Part shown: piece after piece, positions 35,501-48,989 of the stretch
How the letters are laid out: every line of letters starts with the position of its first letter
Position numbering within the stretch: the stretch's first letter is position 1
Source: Takakia lepidozioides
Lineage: Eukaryota; Plantae; Bryophyta
Assembly: GCA_030704615.1 (NCBI GenBank)
Contig: CM060732.1
Span: 5,952,001 to 6,016,000 of the forward strand
Length of the DNA stretch: 64,000 bases
Direction: 5' to 3'
The notes under the pieces: generated by a model
The model's database searches: none
Told to the model about the DNA's origin: nothing
The model's input: the letters and a program-made list of their open reading frames with translations, nothing else
Translations under genes and position numbers: made by a program

Positions 35501-36456
35501 TTCCTGGCTAGACAAACCTAACACTTTAAGCTCCTGTACTATAAGAAGTGCCAAAGCGAGGTGCACTACAGAATAGGTTGCTGCTGCCGGTCACATTGGT
35601 CTCCTTCCAAAACTTTGTCAAATTCGATTGCAAAAGTTTCCAACATCAAGAATATCACGTACAGTCACGTGTGGCGATCACATGCCTTTGTAAGACCTAG
35701 ACACCAGGTCTTAGTTCAGCATCATCACCACAAAAACCGTCTCATACCACTCTCCAACACACCCAGTGCAACTACCGCAATCTTGAGATTCGGGTGGTGC
35801 TGAGCTCACATAGGTGCTCAATCCTGAGTTCTTACGGCGTTTTCTGAAACGCAAAGAGATTTGACGAGTGCAGCGGGTCTGGATTGTTAGTGGATTGTTC
35901 ACGGTGTGATTGCTACTCCAGGGCTTAGGTTGAAGCGTACACCTTATGAGCTCCCTTGCAAAACCTAATTGGTGGTCTAGTGGGAGATTCCAGCTCGAAG
36001 TCGATAACCCTTCCTCATTGCTATGAGTGTGTTCAGCTAACATACCCGATCTTCCCCTTCCGGTAGGGGATCCACAATAAATGTGGGGACCTCGTCCATA
36101 ACATCATCTGGCTTCCCAGAATGCATCACGCGTGTGAAGCCCCCCATCTCCGACCCTGGTTGATCTTTGAACTTCTTGAACCAGTAGTACATAATGCGAC
36201 ACTGCCATCGGTTGTAAGGGGAATCGTTCGCAGTAACCGCAGTATGAAACAACCTCTTCGGCCCCTTCTTCTCCTCCAGAGGCATTTTAATGAGAGGGTC
36301 AAAGAAGCCTCCAGCATCATCAAGCTCATCAACAGCCTCCAACTCCGACGCGTCGCCTTTCAATCGATAGTTACTAACCATTGTCACGGTGTTGTACGTA
36401 GCGACAAACAGAGCAAAAGCCACCACCATCAACAAAGGGAGCGTCACGCGCACCAT
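32599..36456 (-). CDS. HPAT: Hydroxyproline O-arabinosyltransferase, HPAT/RDN1 family (366 aa, 8 exons)
   Basis: Exons 36456-36046, 35391-35324, 34325-34124, 33910-33813, 33634-33565, 33128-33057, 32968-32855 and 32664-32599, 1101 nt in frame. N-terminal TM segment, WQCRIMYYW, GGFTRVMHSG, GYIVLNRPWAFVQWL, MAEPDH, FGWVLEMYGYA, HYTYGCDY, WRFDKR. Confidence 0.95.
35180..35295 (+). repeat. Two tandem copies of the LINE 3'-tail motif in HPAT intron 2
   Basis: atggccacaaggctacggcaaacagcatcttatgagtacattct, repeated twice; matches the reverse complement of 31920-31966. Confidence 0.75.
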
Positions 36457-37039
36457 GGCGACTGCCAAATTTCTCTCCCCCTGCACCACAACCTTTCTCA
36501 CCGAGCCCCTTCAATAAGGCAAAAACACAATACCCCTGTAGACCTGCAATCAGGCCATCCCATCGCAATATCGCAACCTAGAACTCATCTCTCGCACAAT
36601 CAAATTCTCGTGCAATTCTCCGCAACCCAAGAGCCCATCTGCACCGTCTGCATTCACGCGCAGCGCTTATGTGACAGCCATGGCAGGGTCGGCCCGCCCA
36701 CCCGCCGGGTCGGGTCTCACCTCGCCCGCACTTAACCGTTCCGCGTTCCTATCCCCGCCCCCTGTTTCAACGGGCGCCGTCACTCTGTCCCTCGGACAGA
36801 ACTTCCGCTTCCCTCGCACGTTTGTAGATGCTTGGTAGAAGTCAATACCGGCTTTCGGCTTGGGCTGTTTCCCAGCACTGTCATTAAGGGGCCTGATTTG
36901 TGAGCTATTGGGAAGAGACCGAGGGTGTACAACGAGGAGGATCTGGTGAAACAAGCATCACTAGGGTGATAGGCAGATTGCCCCAGAACTAGTATGAACA
37001 GAGGCTTTAAAGGTGAGAACAGCAGATCGGCAAAGCATC

Positions 37040-38760
37040 TATCTATGGAATTGCAGCCGAGCTCGTGATGCCACCTTCACATGCTTCCAGTTGATGTCGG
37101 ACTTGTCAAATTCTGGAGATGCCGAAGATGAGGGACTAGTGATGCTGCCGTGGGTCGGGAATTCCTCGAGGCCAATCGCATGAGCTTGCATCAGTGCATC
37201 TACAAATGAGTCCGTCCCTTCCCCAGGTCGCCTGGAATGTGGCGAGGAGGGTAAACTGCCGTTGAGGCTTCCTGGCGATTTCTGCACACATTTTTGCCCA
37301 AGCGAGTGTGGCAACAACCGTCAGGTCAAAAAACACTTGAGTAAGGATGGCGGTGGCCGAGGTATTGTGTGAGTCTAATATCCATCTGTATCTGGCTTTC
37401 CACAAGTGCCATAGAGTTGCCGATCTCAAAGTTTCATAAACTGGACAGTCAGAGGCTCTGGATTTGTCATTCTGATTGCAATTGAAAAGCAAGGTAATGG
37501 GTCCCAGAGAGGGAGTTCCCCAAGGGCGATAGAAGGCCAAGACCAGGTGCCAGATTGCCATTGGGGATAGGCAGTAAATAAGGAAGTGTTCCAAACTTTC
37601 AATTGTATCTATTGAGCAGCATCTTCATAGGAGAGCGTCTTGGAATCCTACAAATTGCCCCACCTTCAACACCCTGTTGGCTATCTGCCAGAGAAAAGCA
37701 CTGAGCTTTGCTGGTTTTGTCTCGTCCCAGATCAATCTCCAAATATTGTTCCAGTTTTCCATAACAAAACAAGCGTGCCCCCATCTGGCGTTCCATTTGG
37801 CATAGAGAGGCTGGGTTTTGTTAAGCGCCCTGTAAGCCTTTTTAGCAGAGTAAGCAAAGAAGGGTTGGGGGGAGGTTCCGAATTTCCAAAGCCACTCAGC
37901 CGGGTCTATCTGCAGATTTTGCAGAGCTCTCTTGGCCCCCAATCTAGGCAAACCTCTCTTTTGCTACCCAAGCTGCGACGGGGGTCCCTAATGGATGCAG
38001 AGGGTTGAAGTCTTTTGAATCAGAATTCCATTGGCAGATACAAGCTGGTCTTGCCCGCGCAGAGGGGGTAAGGGCTTCGTGAGGACTCAATAGAGATAGC
38101 ATGCCCGAGAAGGGGTCAGCGAGGAACCTGTAACCTTTGAGCATTCCATTATGCATTGCAGGGACATAAAGGATTTGGAATTCTCTATCTTCGAACATTA
38201 CCCATTGGGTGGGCCTTACAGAGATCACCTGCAGCCAGCAGAGTTCTCCATGGGTCTGGGACCGAACCGAGGACCAAGTCAATTCCGGTAGTCAGCCTTC
38301 AGGATCCTAGAGCATCTTGGAGAGAAATGGGCGTGCTAATCCAGAGGTCCCTAACCTTGCTAATTCCCCTAGTCTCCCATGCCGCCCACCTTTTGGCCTG
38401 CCCTTTCTCCGTCTAGGTTGGGTGGGCCGAGTTGAGAAAGAGCTATTGTCTCAGGGTTTCATGGAAGTTGGTAGGCACTTGCTTGATTAAAAAAGGCCTG
38501 AACCTATTCCATGCTCTCCAAATGGAGGTCCAGAGGGGAGATCCCACCACCTTGTGGTTGAATCCTTGAGTAATCCAACGAGTGATGGGGCCCATGAGGT
38601 AGATTGAAGAGGAGAGTTGGCAAATATGTTAGCGATAATTAACAGTTTCCACCAACCTCCTTCAGGACCCATGAAGTGTGGAAGCCATTTCCCTAGCAGG
38701 GCCTGAATTTGAGTGCCCGGATCCAAAACCCCCAGACATCTTGCTTTTTTGGCTGGCAGA
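37040..38760 (-). mobile_element. Degenerate L1-clade LINE ORF2 C-terminal region
   Basis: LGVLDP..QIQALLGKW; zf-RVT-like YSAKKAY...WNNIW...PAKLSAFLWQIANRVL...LEHFLIYC...AIW; TLWHLWKARY. Multiple stops and frameshifts. Confidence 0.8.
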
Positions 38761-39049
38761 TTTGGGGGTGTGCTTGATTGTGAGCAGCTCATGTGAGCAA
38801 AAAATACTGTAAGCAGAATTCTGCTCATGTTCCTTGGAATTAGAATTTAGGGTTGGGCCTATTACCGCGGTCCATCAACTCCTAGAAGCCCTATTGCCGC
38901 GGGGCTTAACCGCCGAAAATGGGAGCTTAGTATTCCTGGAGTGTGGCTAAGGCATGGCAATAAGATTGGTGAGTGGATGAATGATAGATGAATGTGATAT
39001 GATAAAAATCTGGATGAAAGTAGAGTGGAATAAAGGTGATATTGTCTGA

Positions 39050-39240
39050 TGTATGATGCAATTCCTGCTTTGATGAGATGAGCATGGACTTGCTTGCCCT
39101 TCCCCAGGTATCCAAGGTTGGCACATACATTGACTCTACTAATAAAAGTGACCACGATCGGTCGCACCCCTTTCTGTGACCTTCCTATGTTGCATCCTAT
39201 GTTCCATCTCCATTGAGTGAATTTGCTCAACCACATCACA
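39050..39240 (-). pseudogene. Short pentatricopeptide-repeat (PLS-type) gene fragment
   Basis: KGVRPIVVTFISRVNVCANLGYLGKGKQVHAHLIKAGI matches the plant PPR L-motif consensus (GV.P..vTF.svL.aCa.LG.L..GkqvH). Confidence 0.6.
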
Positions 39241-39269
39241 GAGAGTCATTGCAATGGTATGTCTGAATG

Positions 39270-40360
39270 GCTCTGGATTAAGATGGCATTGACGCCAGCT
39301 TAATCTTCACCCCTCTAAGCTCAAGGAAATTGAAAAGCAGAAAAGAAGCAACCACTGAAGTCCTACCATTTGTTTGTGTATCTGTCTGTCTGTCTGTCTA
39401 CCTATCTGTCTGCTGCGAGGGTAGCTACCGTGTGAGCAGCTCACGTGAGCACACTAATCGTGAGCAGAATCCCTTAAACATGAGCACATTGTAAGCGTGA
39501 GCAGATTAAAAAGGCGGAGCCTACAACCGAGGTAATACAGGGCCTATTGCCGTGGACGCAAACACTTTCAAATGGAAATTCATGTAGGCGCCCAGGGACT
39601 AAAGATGTCGTGCTCCATGCATGCAATGTGGGATGAATATGTGATGAAAAACTGCCGAATGCAAGAAGCATGGATGGACTAAAATAAGAGTGATTGTTCG
39701 GCAAACATGGCAAATTCTTAACCCAAGGAAACACGGGAAACCCTGACCACAAACACTGATCCCGCAACCCAAACTCCAAACCCCCAAGGCAAACCATAAG
39801 CCTAAAACCCAAGCCCGCACTGATAAACCCCAAACCCCAAACCCCAAACCCCAAAGAATAAACGGAAACCACAAACCCAGAACGGTGACCCAAATTCGTG
39901 AAAGTGACCCTTACAACAGAATAAACCCCAACCAGCGACAATGTAGAAGAGGTGGAGAAGCAAAGCGAAAGGAGGCTTAAATTTAGAAGAATATGTGGAA
40001 AAAATTCAAGTGTCATAAAGAAACTCAACGGAAATTGTATGTGTTATTGAGTTTAAATAAGTGTATTTTAATTTGGCAGAAGCTTAATTCCAGCCCAGAA
40101 GACCAGCCAGATTAAGGTGTCGTTGACGACACCTTAATGTGGCACATTCGGGGATTTTTATTTTTATTTTTTTGGTTGCTACTTTTCTGTTTTTCAATAT
40201 CCTTCTGCTTAGAGGGGTGGAGATTAAGTTGGCGTCAACGCCATCTTAATCCAGACCCAGACAGACAGACAGGGTTCTTGAGTGGTTTCTGTTTTTCTGT
40301 TTGTCAATTTTCTTGTGCTTAGAGGGGTGGAGATTAAGTTGGCGTCAACGCCATCTTAAT
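39270..40360. mobile_element. Fragments of palindrome-bearing non-autonomous elements, including a family terminus at 39417
   Basis: Palindrome GATTAAG-n-TGGCGT-NN-ACGCCA-n-CTTAATC type at ~39277, 40110, 40222 and 40332. The terminus gagggtagctaccgtgtgagc at 39417 is followed by TGAGC repeats; a similar fragment lies at 38780-38905. Confidence 0.55.
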
Positions 40361-41656
40361 CCGGATGACGGTCTGGATGGGTAGAGGGTACATTCCAGTG
40401 CTGACGGATCGATGAACTTGATCCAGAGCCCATCGGCGTCCAAGGCCTAGCTCCTTTAGCTTGCGCTTGGTATGCTTGGAAAAAGCCTATACCGGAAGAT
40501 GGTTGCACCCAACGGCGCAAGGGGAAGCTGGCCTGCCTCACTTGGGCTGTGTGTCAAGGGGCGCCTTGTGAGGAGCGGGGAATTGGGGCCATTGTAGCTG
40601 AAATTGAAAGGGAAAGAAGGAAGAAAGGGAAAAGAGGGCAAGAGCCCCGAAGGATTAGAATGAGGCGGATGGCTTAAATACTAGGAAGAGAGGAAGTTAA
40701 AACAAGACCAAAGGAGGTACTTAAACAAAATATAAGCCAAGAATGGATCAAGAGAGAGGGATAGAAGGTAGAGGGTTGCAGCAAGCTGAAGAGAGACTCT
40801 AGAAAGATCTGCCTGAAATAATTAAAGAGGAGGAAGCAGCATGCAAAGAAGAAGATGAGCCTCGGATACTGAGCAGGAGAACAAGCAGAAGACAAACTAT
40901 GCAACTAAGATAGTAAGCCGCAAGATTCAACGAGCTTGGAAAATCTAGCAAAATAGCAAGGTAGCGAAACAAGCAATTTACAATCAGCATACGCGACTAG
41001 CATGAAGAGAACAAGGAGACTGTAAGGGCGAGTTCGCCTTCCCTCAGATAGGGAAAGGATGATTAAGCGTGAGAATTAATGGTAGGGTCATACGATGATA
41101 CTCAACCATCACTGTCCGACAGAAAGCAGGGAGTTTGGAGCTTGCCAGATAGCTGCGAATGATAAAGTGTGACAAGTGGGAGGTTCGGAGTTGAAGGCAA
41201 GACTGCATGGCGGCTGAGAATTAAGAGGCTTGCCTAGAAATCATCAGGGAATTATGAGAGAAACAAATGAAGGTGAGGATGAAAGGAACATTCGTCCTTG
41301 ATTTTTGTTGTCACATCAAACCTGACTGGAGACGAAAGAGTGGGAAAAATTTGCTTCGAACCGGGGTAGGAGGGTGTCTGGTGAACGCGCCTCAAGTGCT
41401 TTAGAGAAACTGAGGTAGGAAGGACAAACCGCCAGTCTGGGAGAGGGTTTAGCAAGCTTCGATGGGCGGAAGGTGGACTCTCGCCATAGACAACCGTTGA
41501 GCTTGCACACTTTCTCACCGCAGAACACGGAGCTCTCGCATGGCTCCGCCATCCCCAAGTTTGCATTGTTGATCTCGCAATTATGTTAAATCAAGTGAAC
41601 AAAACATATGCATAAATAGAAAAGAGAGAACATTATAATGAATAATATAAACTTAC

Positions 41657-42093
41657 AGTCAATATGCCACAATGCCATCGGTGTTGTAACATTGTATTGA
41701 CGCCCTGCCAGGGGTAATGCTCTGTACCTCCTGTCATAGTGAGCCCCTAAGAAATTAATCAATGAAAAAAATGTCATAAAGAATAAAAACAAAGAATGTG
41801 CCTTTGATAACCAACACATCTACAAATTCCACATGTTTAATGGTACCTGATAACACTTGCAATGCTCTTGCGATCTTCCCCCTGGGAGCCCTCACATTCA
41901 ACCGTGTCAGGGTTGCTTTGACGTGCAAAATGCCCCAATTTGCACCATGCTCCCCAATTGGAAGAGTGGATTGAATTCTATCTGACAATTCCTCAATGGT
42001 GAAGCTACCATATACCTTGAATTTGTAACCCAGGGCCTTTGTCAAAAGCCTCTTCAACTGTCTAGGGTCTTTAATACTGTAGAGCTTCAGCAA
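41657..42093 (-). pseudogene. Spliced IS3EU-like (integrase-core) transposase fragment
   Basis: The exon ending at 41847 splices in frame (GT-AG) to exon 41746-41657: EELSDRIQ...NWGILHVKATLTRLNVRAPRGKIARALQVLS|GAHYDRR...RQYNVTTPMALWHID. Confidence 0.6.
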
Positions 42094-43899
42094 CTTTTTT
42101 GAAAGTAACTCCTTGGTTGAGCATGGTCTGAAACATAGGTCACTAGGTCTGCCATAGGCTGAACACCTTGTTCAGCCATAACTCTTCTGAAAAAGTAGTT
42201 GCAATAATCACTATGCCATAGCTGCATCCAAAGAAACTAGGGCTAATTAAACTACCTAATATTACTTCAGCTCATGATGTTAATCCTGAGAATTTGGAAA
42301 AAAAACTAAAACAACCACAACTATACTCAATCAGTCTGTCTCTTAACCGCTTCCTCTCTCCACCAGAGCGCCAAAATGCTAACCACTCATCGATTCCTTG
42401 TCACAATCCGAGGCTGCAAACGACCTAGCCAGAAGGAAGGTATCGAGGTGCATGGCATCAAAGCTCCATAGTCCGCATTCGCCGCGACCCACCAAACGGA
42501 ACCCTCAATAATTCTCCCAAAAATCCCAAATCCGACCTCCAACTCCCAAACCACCGCAAACTAATGTTCATGAACCCTAAACCCCAAAAACACCCGGTTT
42601 TCCCCTCCCTCGAACGGACCATGCCCGCGCGATGAACTAGGCATTCTACAGAAAAATTTGGAACATATGGAATTCCCGTGTAATTTTACTTGGTATTCAT
42701 ATAAATACTTGGTATAAAGTACGGTCACGCAAGACCGCGGTCCTCCCACGGGTAACCAGTGGTAGCCGGCATCTTTCTAGTGGCAATGGGCGTCTATCCA
42801 GTGGTCATGGGCATCTTTCCAGTGGTCATGGGTGCATAACTGAAAGAGAAAGCATGGCCCTTTTGGCATTCCATAAAGACCCATTTTGGACTAGAGAGAG
42901 AGTCGCTCCTTCCTCTTTGCGAGGTCACAGAGGTATGGGGGAATAGACAGGAATAGCAAGCTTAGCCACGAAAAGGGGAATCAAACACCTAGAGGAACTA
43001 GCTGTCTGAACTAAATAGAGTTCATACATTTGCCACATCCAACACCTTGTACACAAGAAATACACCCAAAACCAACATCTTTCCAAAGACCCCCAACCTT
43101 AGGTAATCCGTGACTTATACAACACACTAGGGGTTAGCCATCTTGCCACATGTTTCGGCGTGAATGGCCAGCCGTAAGGATATCAATCTAAGCCGTATGA
43201 TCTAAATGGCCAGGATGTAGCCACCACCTAGGGTTACACTGTACGGCTCATAATGCCAAGGGCCGTATATAACGGTATAGAGCCACCAAAATACAGGTGA
43301 TGAAGTCCTGGGGGGGGGATAAACTCATAATGAGGCAAGGAGATCCTCATAAGCCTCCACATCTGTGAAGACCAGCCCCCGTCGGAAACCGAGCTCCGCG
43401 AGGTAGGAAAAATATAAGCCCAAGTGCTAGATGAACGCCCTCCATTGCAAGATTAAAAACCTGCCAAGAAAAACCTGACACTTGCAAGGTGGGCTGAGAA
43501 CCCTTGGACATGAAAACTTTTCAAGGAGTATAGGTGGTGTACATCATATACTAAGGATATTCCCAAAAAGATCTAGAGATTTCAGAGGGCTAAAAGACTA
43601 AATTCCATAAACAAAGCTGGAAATTCAGAATAGAAAGTAGGAATAAACCAGATTCGAACTACAAAAGTCATCCCATAGGATGAATTCGCCTAATATGGAT
43701 GATATACATGGATGAAAGTACATAGGAGGATGATTCTGTCCAAATTTCGCCACTCATAACCTTAGGTTATTAGACCCAATATATATATTCATAACCACGT
43801 GGTGTCATTCATGATGCCAAGGAAAATATTGATAAGGCTCAGCTAACATAGCCCGCAACTTTAACAAACATGTTAAGTATTCTAATCTGTTTCAGGTGG

Positions 43900-44700
43900 G
43901 ACAGACGGTATGCCTCCGTTTACAACATGGTCAGTATGCATGCAAATCCAAATTCAAGATCGACAGTCCCTATTTGGTGTATCAATTATTACGCGAGTGG
44001 GGTGCTCTATTTCTACCACGGGGGACCAATGTCAAGGCGCATGACGATCCTGTCCATCTCACTGACCTTGTTCATTCCGAGCTAGTGTTTGATTTAACTT
44101 GCATCAACGTGGTCAAAAAAGGTAGCTGACAAATCAACAAGGTCAGAAAGAGTAGAGATCATTGTGGGGAACAATGTAACGGATCCGTACAACAAGAGCG
44201 TCCATACAACAATTCAAATGGCATCTTCTTGATACTAGCATGCATAGCGGTGCGATAAGCAAAGAATATAGGGGGCAAAAAAATATCCCACTCCCTGGTG
44301 AGTGCACCATTTTTCTCCAACATTTGACAAAGAGTCTGGTTAAACCACTCCGTGAGGCCATTGGTCTGGGGATGATAAGGAGTTGTAGTCACATGCTTCA
44401 CACCAAAATTGAAGCATATCATCGTGAGTAATTGATTATAGAACTCCTTACCTTGGTCCCTGAGGATCTCCCTAGGACACCCATAGCGCAGGATGATCTC
44501 ATAAAAAAAACCCTAAGCCACAGCATCACTACTCTTGATATGCAAAGGACGGACTTCTACCTATTTGGTCAAGTAACCAGTGGCAACACAAAGGTAGCTA
44601 TGACCTTTTGACGTGAAAGCAAGGGGTCATACTAAGTCAATCCCCACACGAGCAAAAGCATGAGTAACGGATAGGGATTGGAGCTCATAAACAACTATGA
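43900..44700 (-). pseudogene. Ty3/Gypsy integrase remnant
   Basis: FARVGIDLV, FGVKHVTTTPYHPQTNGLTEWFNQTL, WDIFLPPIFFAYRT..HAS....PFELLYGR. Confidence 0.85.
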
Positions 44701-46739
44701 CCCACTGTTTTCCCCGAGTTGGTCTATCCCAATACAAGTCCCATAGCAACACCCGAAAATTGAAAAAATATCGTGTGTGCTCATCACAGTAATCATCCAG
44801 CTCAACAACGATGTCTCTAACCACAGGAGTGTGATGCCGACTGTCTCGCCCTTCGATCCGAAGAGGGCAATCCACATTGCAACAAGCCATCTGAAGCGAT
44901 TCGTAGCGACTGTAAGGATTGGTTACGGGGATTGAGTTCTTGGAGACTTCGGAGGAATTCTTGTATATATATGTTTTGATGCTTAGAGGTGGATTCCGGA
45001 TCTAGAGTGTCAGATGTATCATCTAAAATTAGTTCAACGACTACATTTAGAATAATGAAACCCTCAAATTGGAGGGAGATCTCGTCAAGTTCTTAGAGAG
45101 AAAACAACGAAGTGATTTTACCCTCCTATGTGAGATCATTCCTAGGCAAGGCCACAATTATCTTATGCTTTCTTCTTCTCGACCATTTCAGCTTTAACGG
45201 TATTATGCCGAATTTAGGTTTACAAATGGTACTTTGGATTATTTGTGAATAACGATATCCTTATTCTCTAACATATGATCTTTCCCCTCTGAAACCACCT
45301 TACGTTCCAGTTTGCGTACTCGGCAGTCAGTATACACGTACGTCAGTTGGGTTCAGAGCTATGTCAAGTTATTTTACCATTAGTGTGAAACTAGCTAGGA
45401 AATAATTAGCTTTTACATATTGATATTTGGGATTGGCCCAAGTGTCAATCCAGGGGTCAAGGCAGATTTAGGCCCTGGTGTGGTTATCTTCACGGCAAGC
45501 GCGCTGGGCTCATCTTTCTCGAGTTAAGCCTCACCGCATCTAGCTATGGCGCCGTAGTGTGGATTCCCCATGGCGTGGGGTGCACTTGGCTCGACTATAT
45601 TTGAGTGATGATTTTATATATGCATCAGTTTGTGTGAGCTCATGTGAGCTTGTCTTCTTCTTATTTATCACTCGAGAAAGATGTGCTCGTATCGGAGCAT
45701 GCCAGATACGAGTTAGTTATAGCACTTGTGGTTTTTGCTTGAGGTTGGGATGCGAGGAGCATCATCAAGTTCGTTGTTAAAAGCAGAGGCAATGTTGGTT
45801 ACGAGGTGGTGGACCTTAACATTCGTTCTTTAGCTGCAGAGCTGAAAACACCATGCTACAGGGCTGGAAGCGATGCACTAGGCCATGGAATGTGCATGAG
45901 GAGTTCAAGTGCACCACAATTAGGGAGGAAAATAAAAAAATAAAAAAAATGACGCCTCCCGAAGGGAGCGTAATTTATGGTGTCACTTCACCACAAGGGC
46001 TACTCCACAGTTAGAATGGTATGTACACCTAGAGTTTCAGAGCTTGGAAGAAGAGCTCTTGCATCACAAGAGGAGTGTCTTGTGGCTGGAAATATAGACC
46101 TTAGGGTTTCAGGAGCTTGGCATTAAAGGCTATGGATTGCTTAGTCTTGTTTTAGAAAGCATCAAGGAGCCAAGATAGCGGGCTGATACCTCTTGTGTGA
46201 AGGGGGTGTGGAGCATGCATTTAGCCCATTGAAGCTTCTATCTTCAAGCTTGGAAAGCAAGCAAAGAAGAGGGAAGGGCTGATTTCTCTTATGTGGGAGT
46301 AGTGCATGTGTGGAGCATGCATTCAGCCTAGTTAGGCCTCCATCTTTACACTTTGGAGAGCTGGAAGGGAAGGTAAGGGGCTAATTTGCTCTTATGTGAT
46401 AGTCCGACACTTATAGAGCATGTTTTGAGTTGGGGTTCCAACTTCAAGCCCAGATAGAGCATGGCTCTTGAAGTGGCAGATGTAGGGGGCTGGAATAGGC
46501 TCTAAGATATATGCTATGGCCAAGGAGAGCGCATGAGGAGTGCTTACAAGGGCTGGAAACCAGCAAGGCTTGGGTGTTTGCCTGCATGGATTTGAGTGGC
46601 GTGTTTTGGGAGTCTAAGTGAAAAAGAGGGCTTGGTTTGTGGCAAGTAGGCCTCTCATGAGGTAGAGCTACTGTTGGTGGTGTGTGGGAGTGGAAGAGAG
46701 CAAGAAAACAGCTCGGGTTTCTTCACAGCCACCATAGCC

Positions 46740-48470
46740 GTTGCAAGGAAGCTGCATGGGGTCGAAGGGGTCACACCATGAGAATTAGTGGCGGGGCAGC
46801 CACTAACCGCCACGGTCACGACCAAGGGCCACGGGAAAGACCACGAAGGGGCACCGTGAGAGTTAGTGGCGTGGCAGCCACTAACCGTCACGACCACGAC
46901 CACGGGCCACGGGGGTTTGCTGTTCTATCAGCCATCAGCCATCAGTGTGACGTGAATGCGGGAATACCGGCCACGTGGCAATCAATTTTTTTTCCCGGGC
47001 AGCCCGTAAATTTGTGCTTGGATTCATGAGAGACATTAATGCAGAATGACACGGTATTGTCCCGAAACACTACCTTTGGTTACAGAAGGTGGAGACTGAT
47101 CTGGAAAACTAAATGTATTTCTGCGATCTACAACCTTAGCTTCTGAAATATAAACCTACAGTAGACGTGGAATGTTAAAAAACAAGCACCACACATGTTA
47201 TCAAATGATGTAGACAAGCCAACACATCAAAAGGTTGACGACAAAATTCTGGGGACACCACTTTCATTCGCCGAAGGTGGGCACAAAAAACAGAAGGTCT
47301 GGAGGTCCACAACATAATCTGGGGGAGACGACCTTCTTTTGTCGAAGGTAGGAAAAGAATAAAAGGTCCAAGAAATAATTTGGGGACACCACCTTCGTCC
47401 GAAGAAGGTGGGCATAAAAATCAAAGGTCCCAAATTTTTTGGAGGAGATCACCTTCGTTGGACGGAGGTGGGCATAAAAATCAAAGATCTACATTTATTT
47501 CGGATGAGACCACCTTCGTTCAACGAAAGTGGGGAATAAAAGTCAAAGATCCAATATTGTTTTTGGTGGAAACCAACTTCGTTGAACGAAAATGGGCATA
47601 AAATTCGAGGATCAAATACATTCTATGCAGTAGACCACCTTCATTCGCCGAAAATGGGCATAAAAATCCAAAATATTGCTTTGTGGAGACCATTTTACTC
47701 TGCCGAAGATGGGTATAGAGATCCGTAGGTCTAAGTCAATTTTGGGTTGAACGAAATTGGGCATAAAATTCGAGGATCAAATACATTATATGCAGTAGAT
47801 CACCTTCATTCGCCGAAAACGGGCATAAAAATCCAAAATATTGCTTTGTGGAGACCATTTTACTCTGCCGAAGGTGAGTATAGAGATCCGTAGGTCTAAG
47901 TCAATTTTGGGGCAGACCACCTTCGGCGAATGAGGACGTTGAAAGTGTCTTCAAGAATTTATCATGGACGTCACCTTTGGTGAACGAATGTACATTCCTG
48001 GTGATACAAATAGACGCATGGTAAGAGTTCCAACCTTCTGTCAATGAAGGTTGTTTATTTTTTCTTCTTGTACCTTCATTCGTCGAAGGTAATATTTCTT
48101 GGGCAGGTTCGTTGGGCAACTTCAAATATTCCTGGTGACCTTCGTTGACCTTCGTCACTGATGGATTTGTGCTAATAACTGACAGAATAGGAGCTCTCCG
48201 GGCCACAGGAAAGACCACGAAGGGGCACCGTGAGAGTTAGTGACGTGGAAGCCATTAACCGCCATGACCACGACCACGGGCCACGAGAAAGACCACGAAG
48301 GGGCACCGTGAGAGTTAGTGGCGTTGCAGCCACTAATCGCCACGGCCACGACCAAGGGCCACGGGAAAGCCACGAAGGGGCACTAATGAAGGCTAGTGGC
48401 GGCCACGACCACTACACAAAGGGTCACTAGCTAGTGGGGGGGGGCTAGTGGCATGGCAACCACTAAGGTT
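46740..48470 (+). repeat. ~78-bp tandem repeat (gaaggggcaccgtgagagttagtggc...) split by the insertion at 46912-48198
   Basis: Units at 46740-46911 continue in register at 48199-48470. Confidence 0.85.
46912..48198. mobile_element. Non-autonomous Mutator-like element with 9-bp TSD and internal palindrome array
   Basis: TSD cgggccacg (46903-46911) / cgggccaca (48199-48207). Imperfect TIRs ggggtttgctgttctatcag vs gagagctcctattctgtcag (reverse complement). CACCTTCGTT-N-AACGAAGGTG-type palindromes recur at ~61-bp spacing. Confidence 0.8.
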
Positions 48471-48989
48471 CAAGAAAGAATATTCCTGGAATATTCTATG
48501 GGAACCCATTGAGAACTCTGGGGAACCTATAGGGAATTGTTGGGAACTCATTGGGAACCGTGGGGAACAGTGCCATGGGGATACCGCCCTGCAGGTAATT
48601 CATTTGGACAGATTTTTTTTTGGGCTTATATATACCTCAATTTGCTTATGTTTTGAAGCTTCAACGAATGGCGCAGTTTCCTGAGGAGGTTCAGAGGAAT
48701 GGCTGGTGGACATACAGGGCACTGGCGGACCATATGGAGGCTTGCATGGGGCCTTGAAGGCCAAGTTTCATAAGCTCGTGGAGGGCGGTTTGAGGAGTGT
48801 CTACAGGATGCTTCCCATGGTCATGCAAGTGAGGGAAGAGAGGAAAATGAGAGTGTTGGGATGAGGGCATGCTGGGGTTAGGCATTTCTTTAGCTCTCTT
48901 CCCCGTAGCTTTCCACCTTCTCTGTAGGCCGAGACCTTTCCGTAGGTGAAGGCAAGAGTCAGTCCGGGTTTGGGCTGGGGTGTCTTTGT

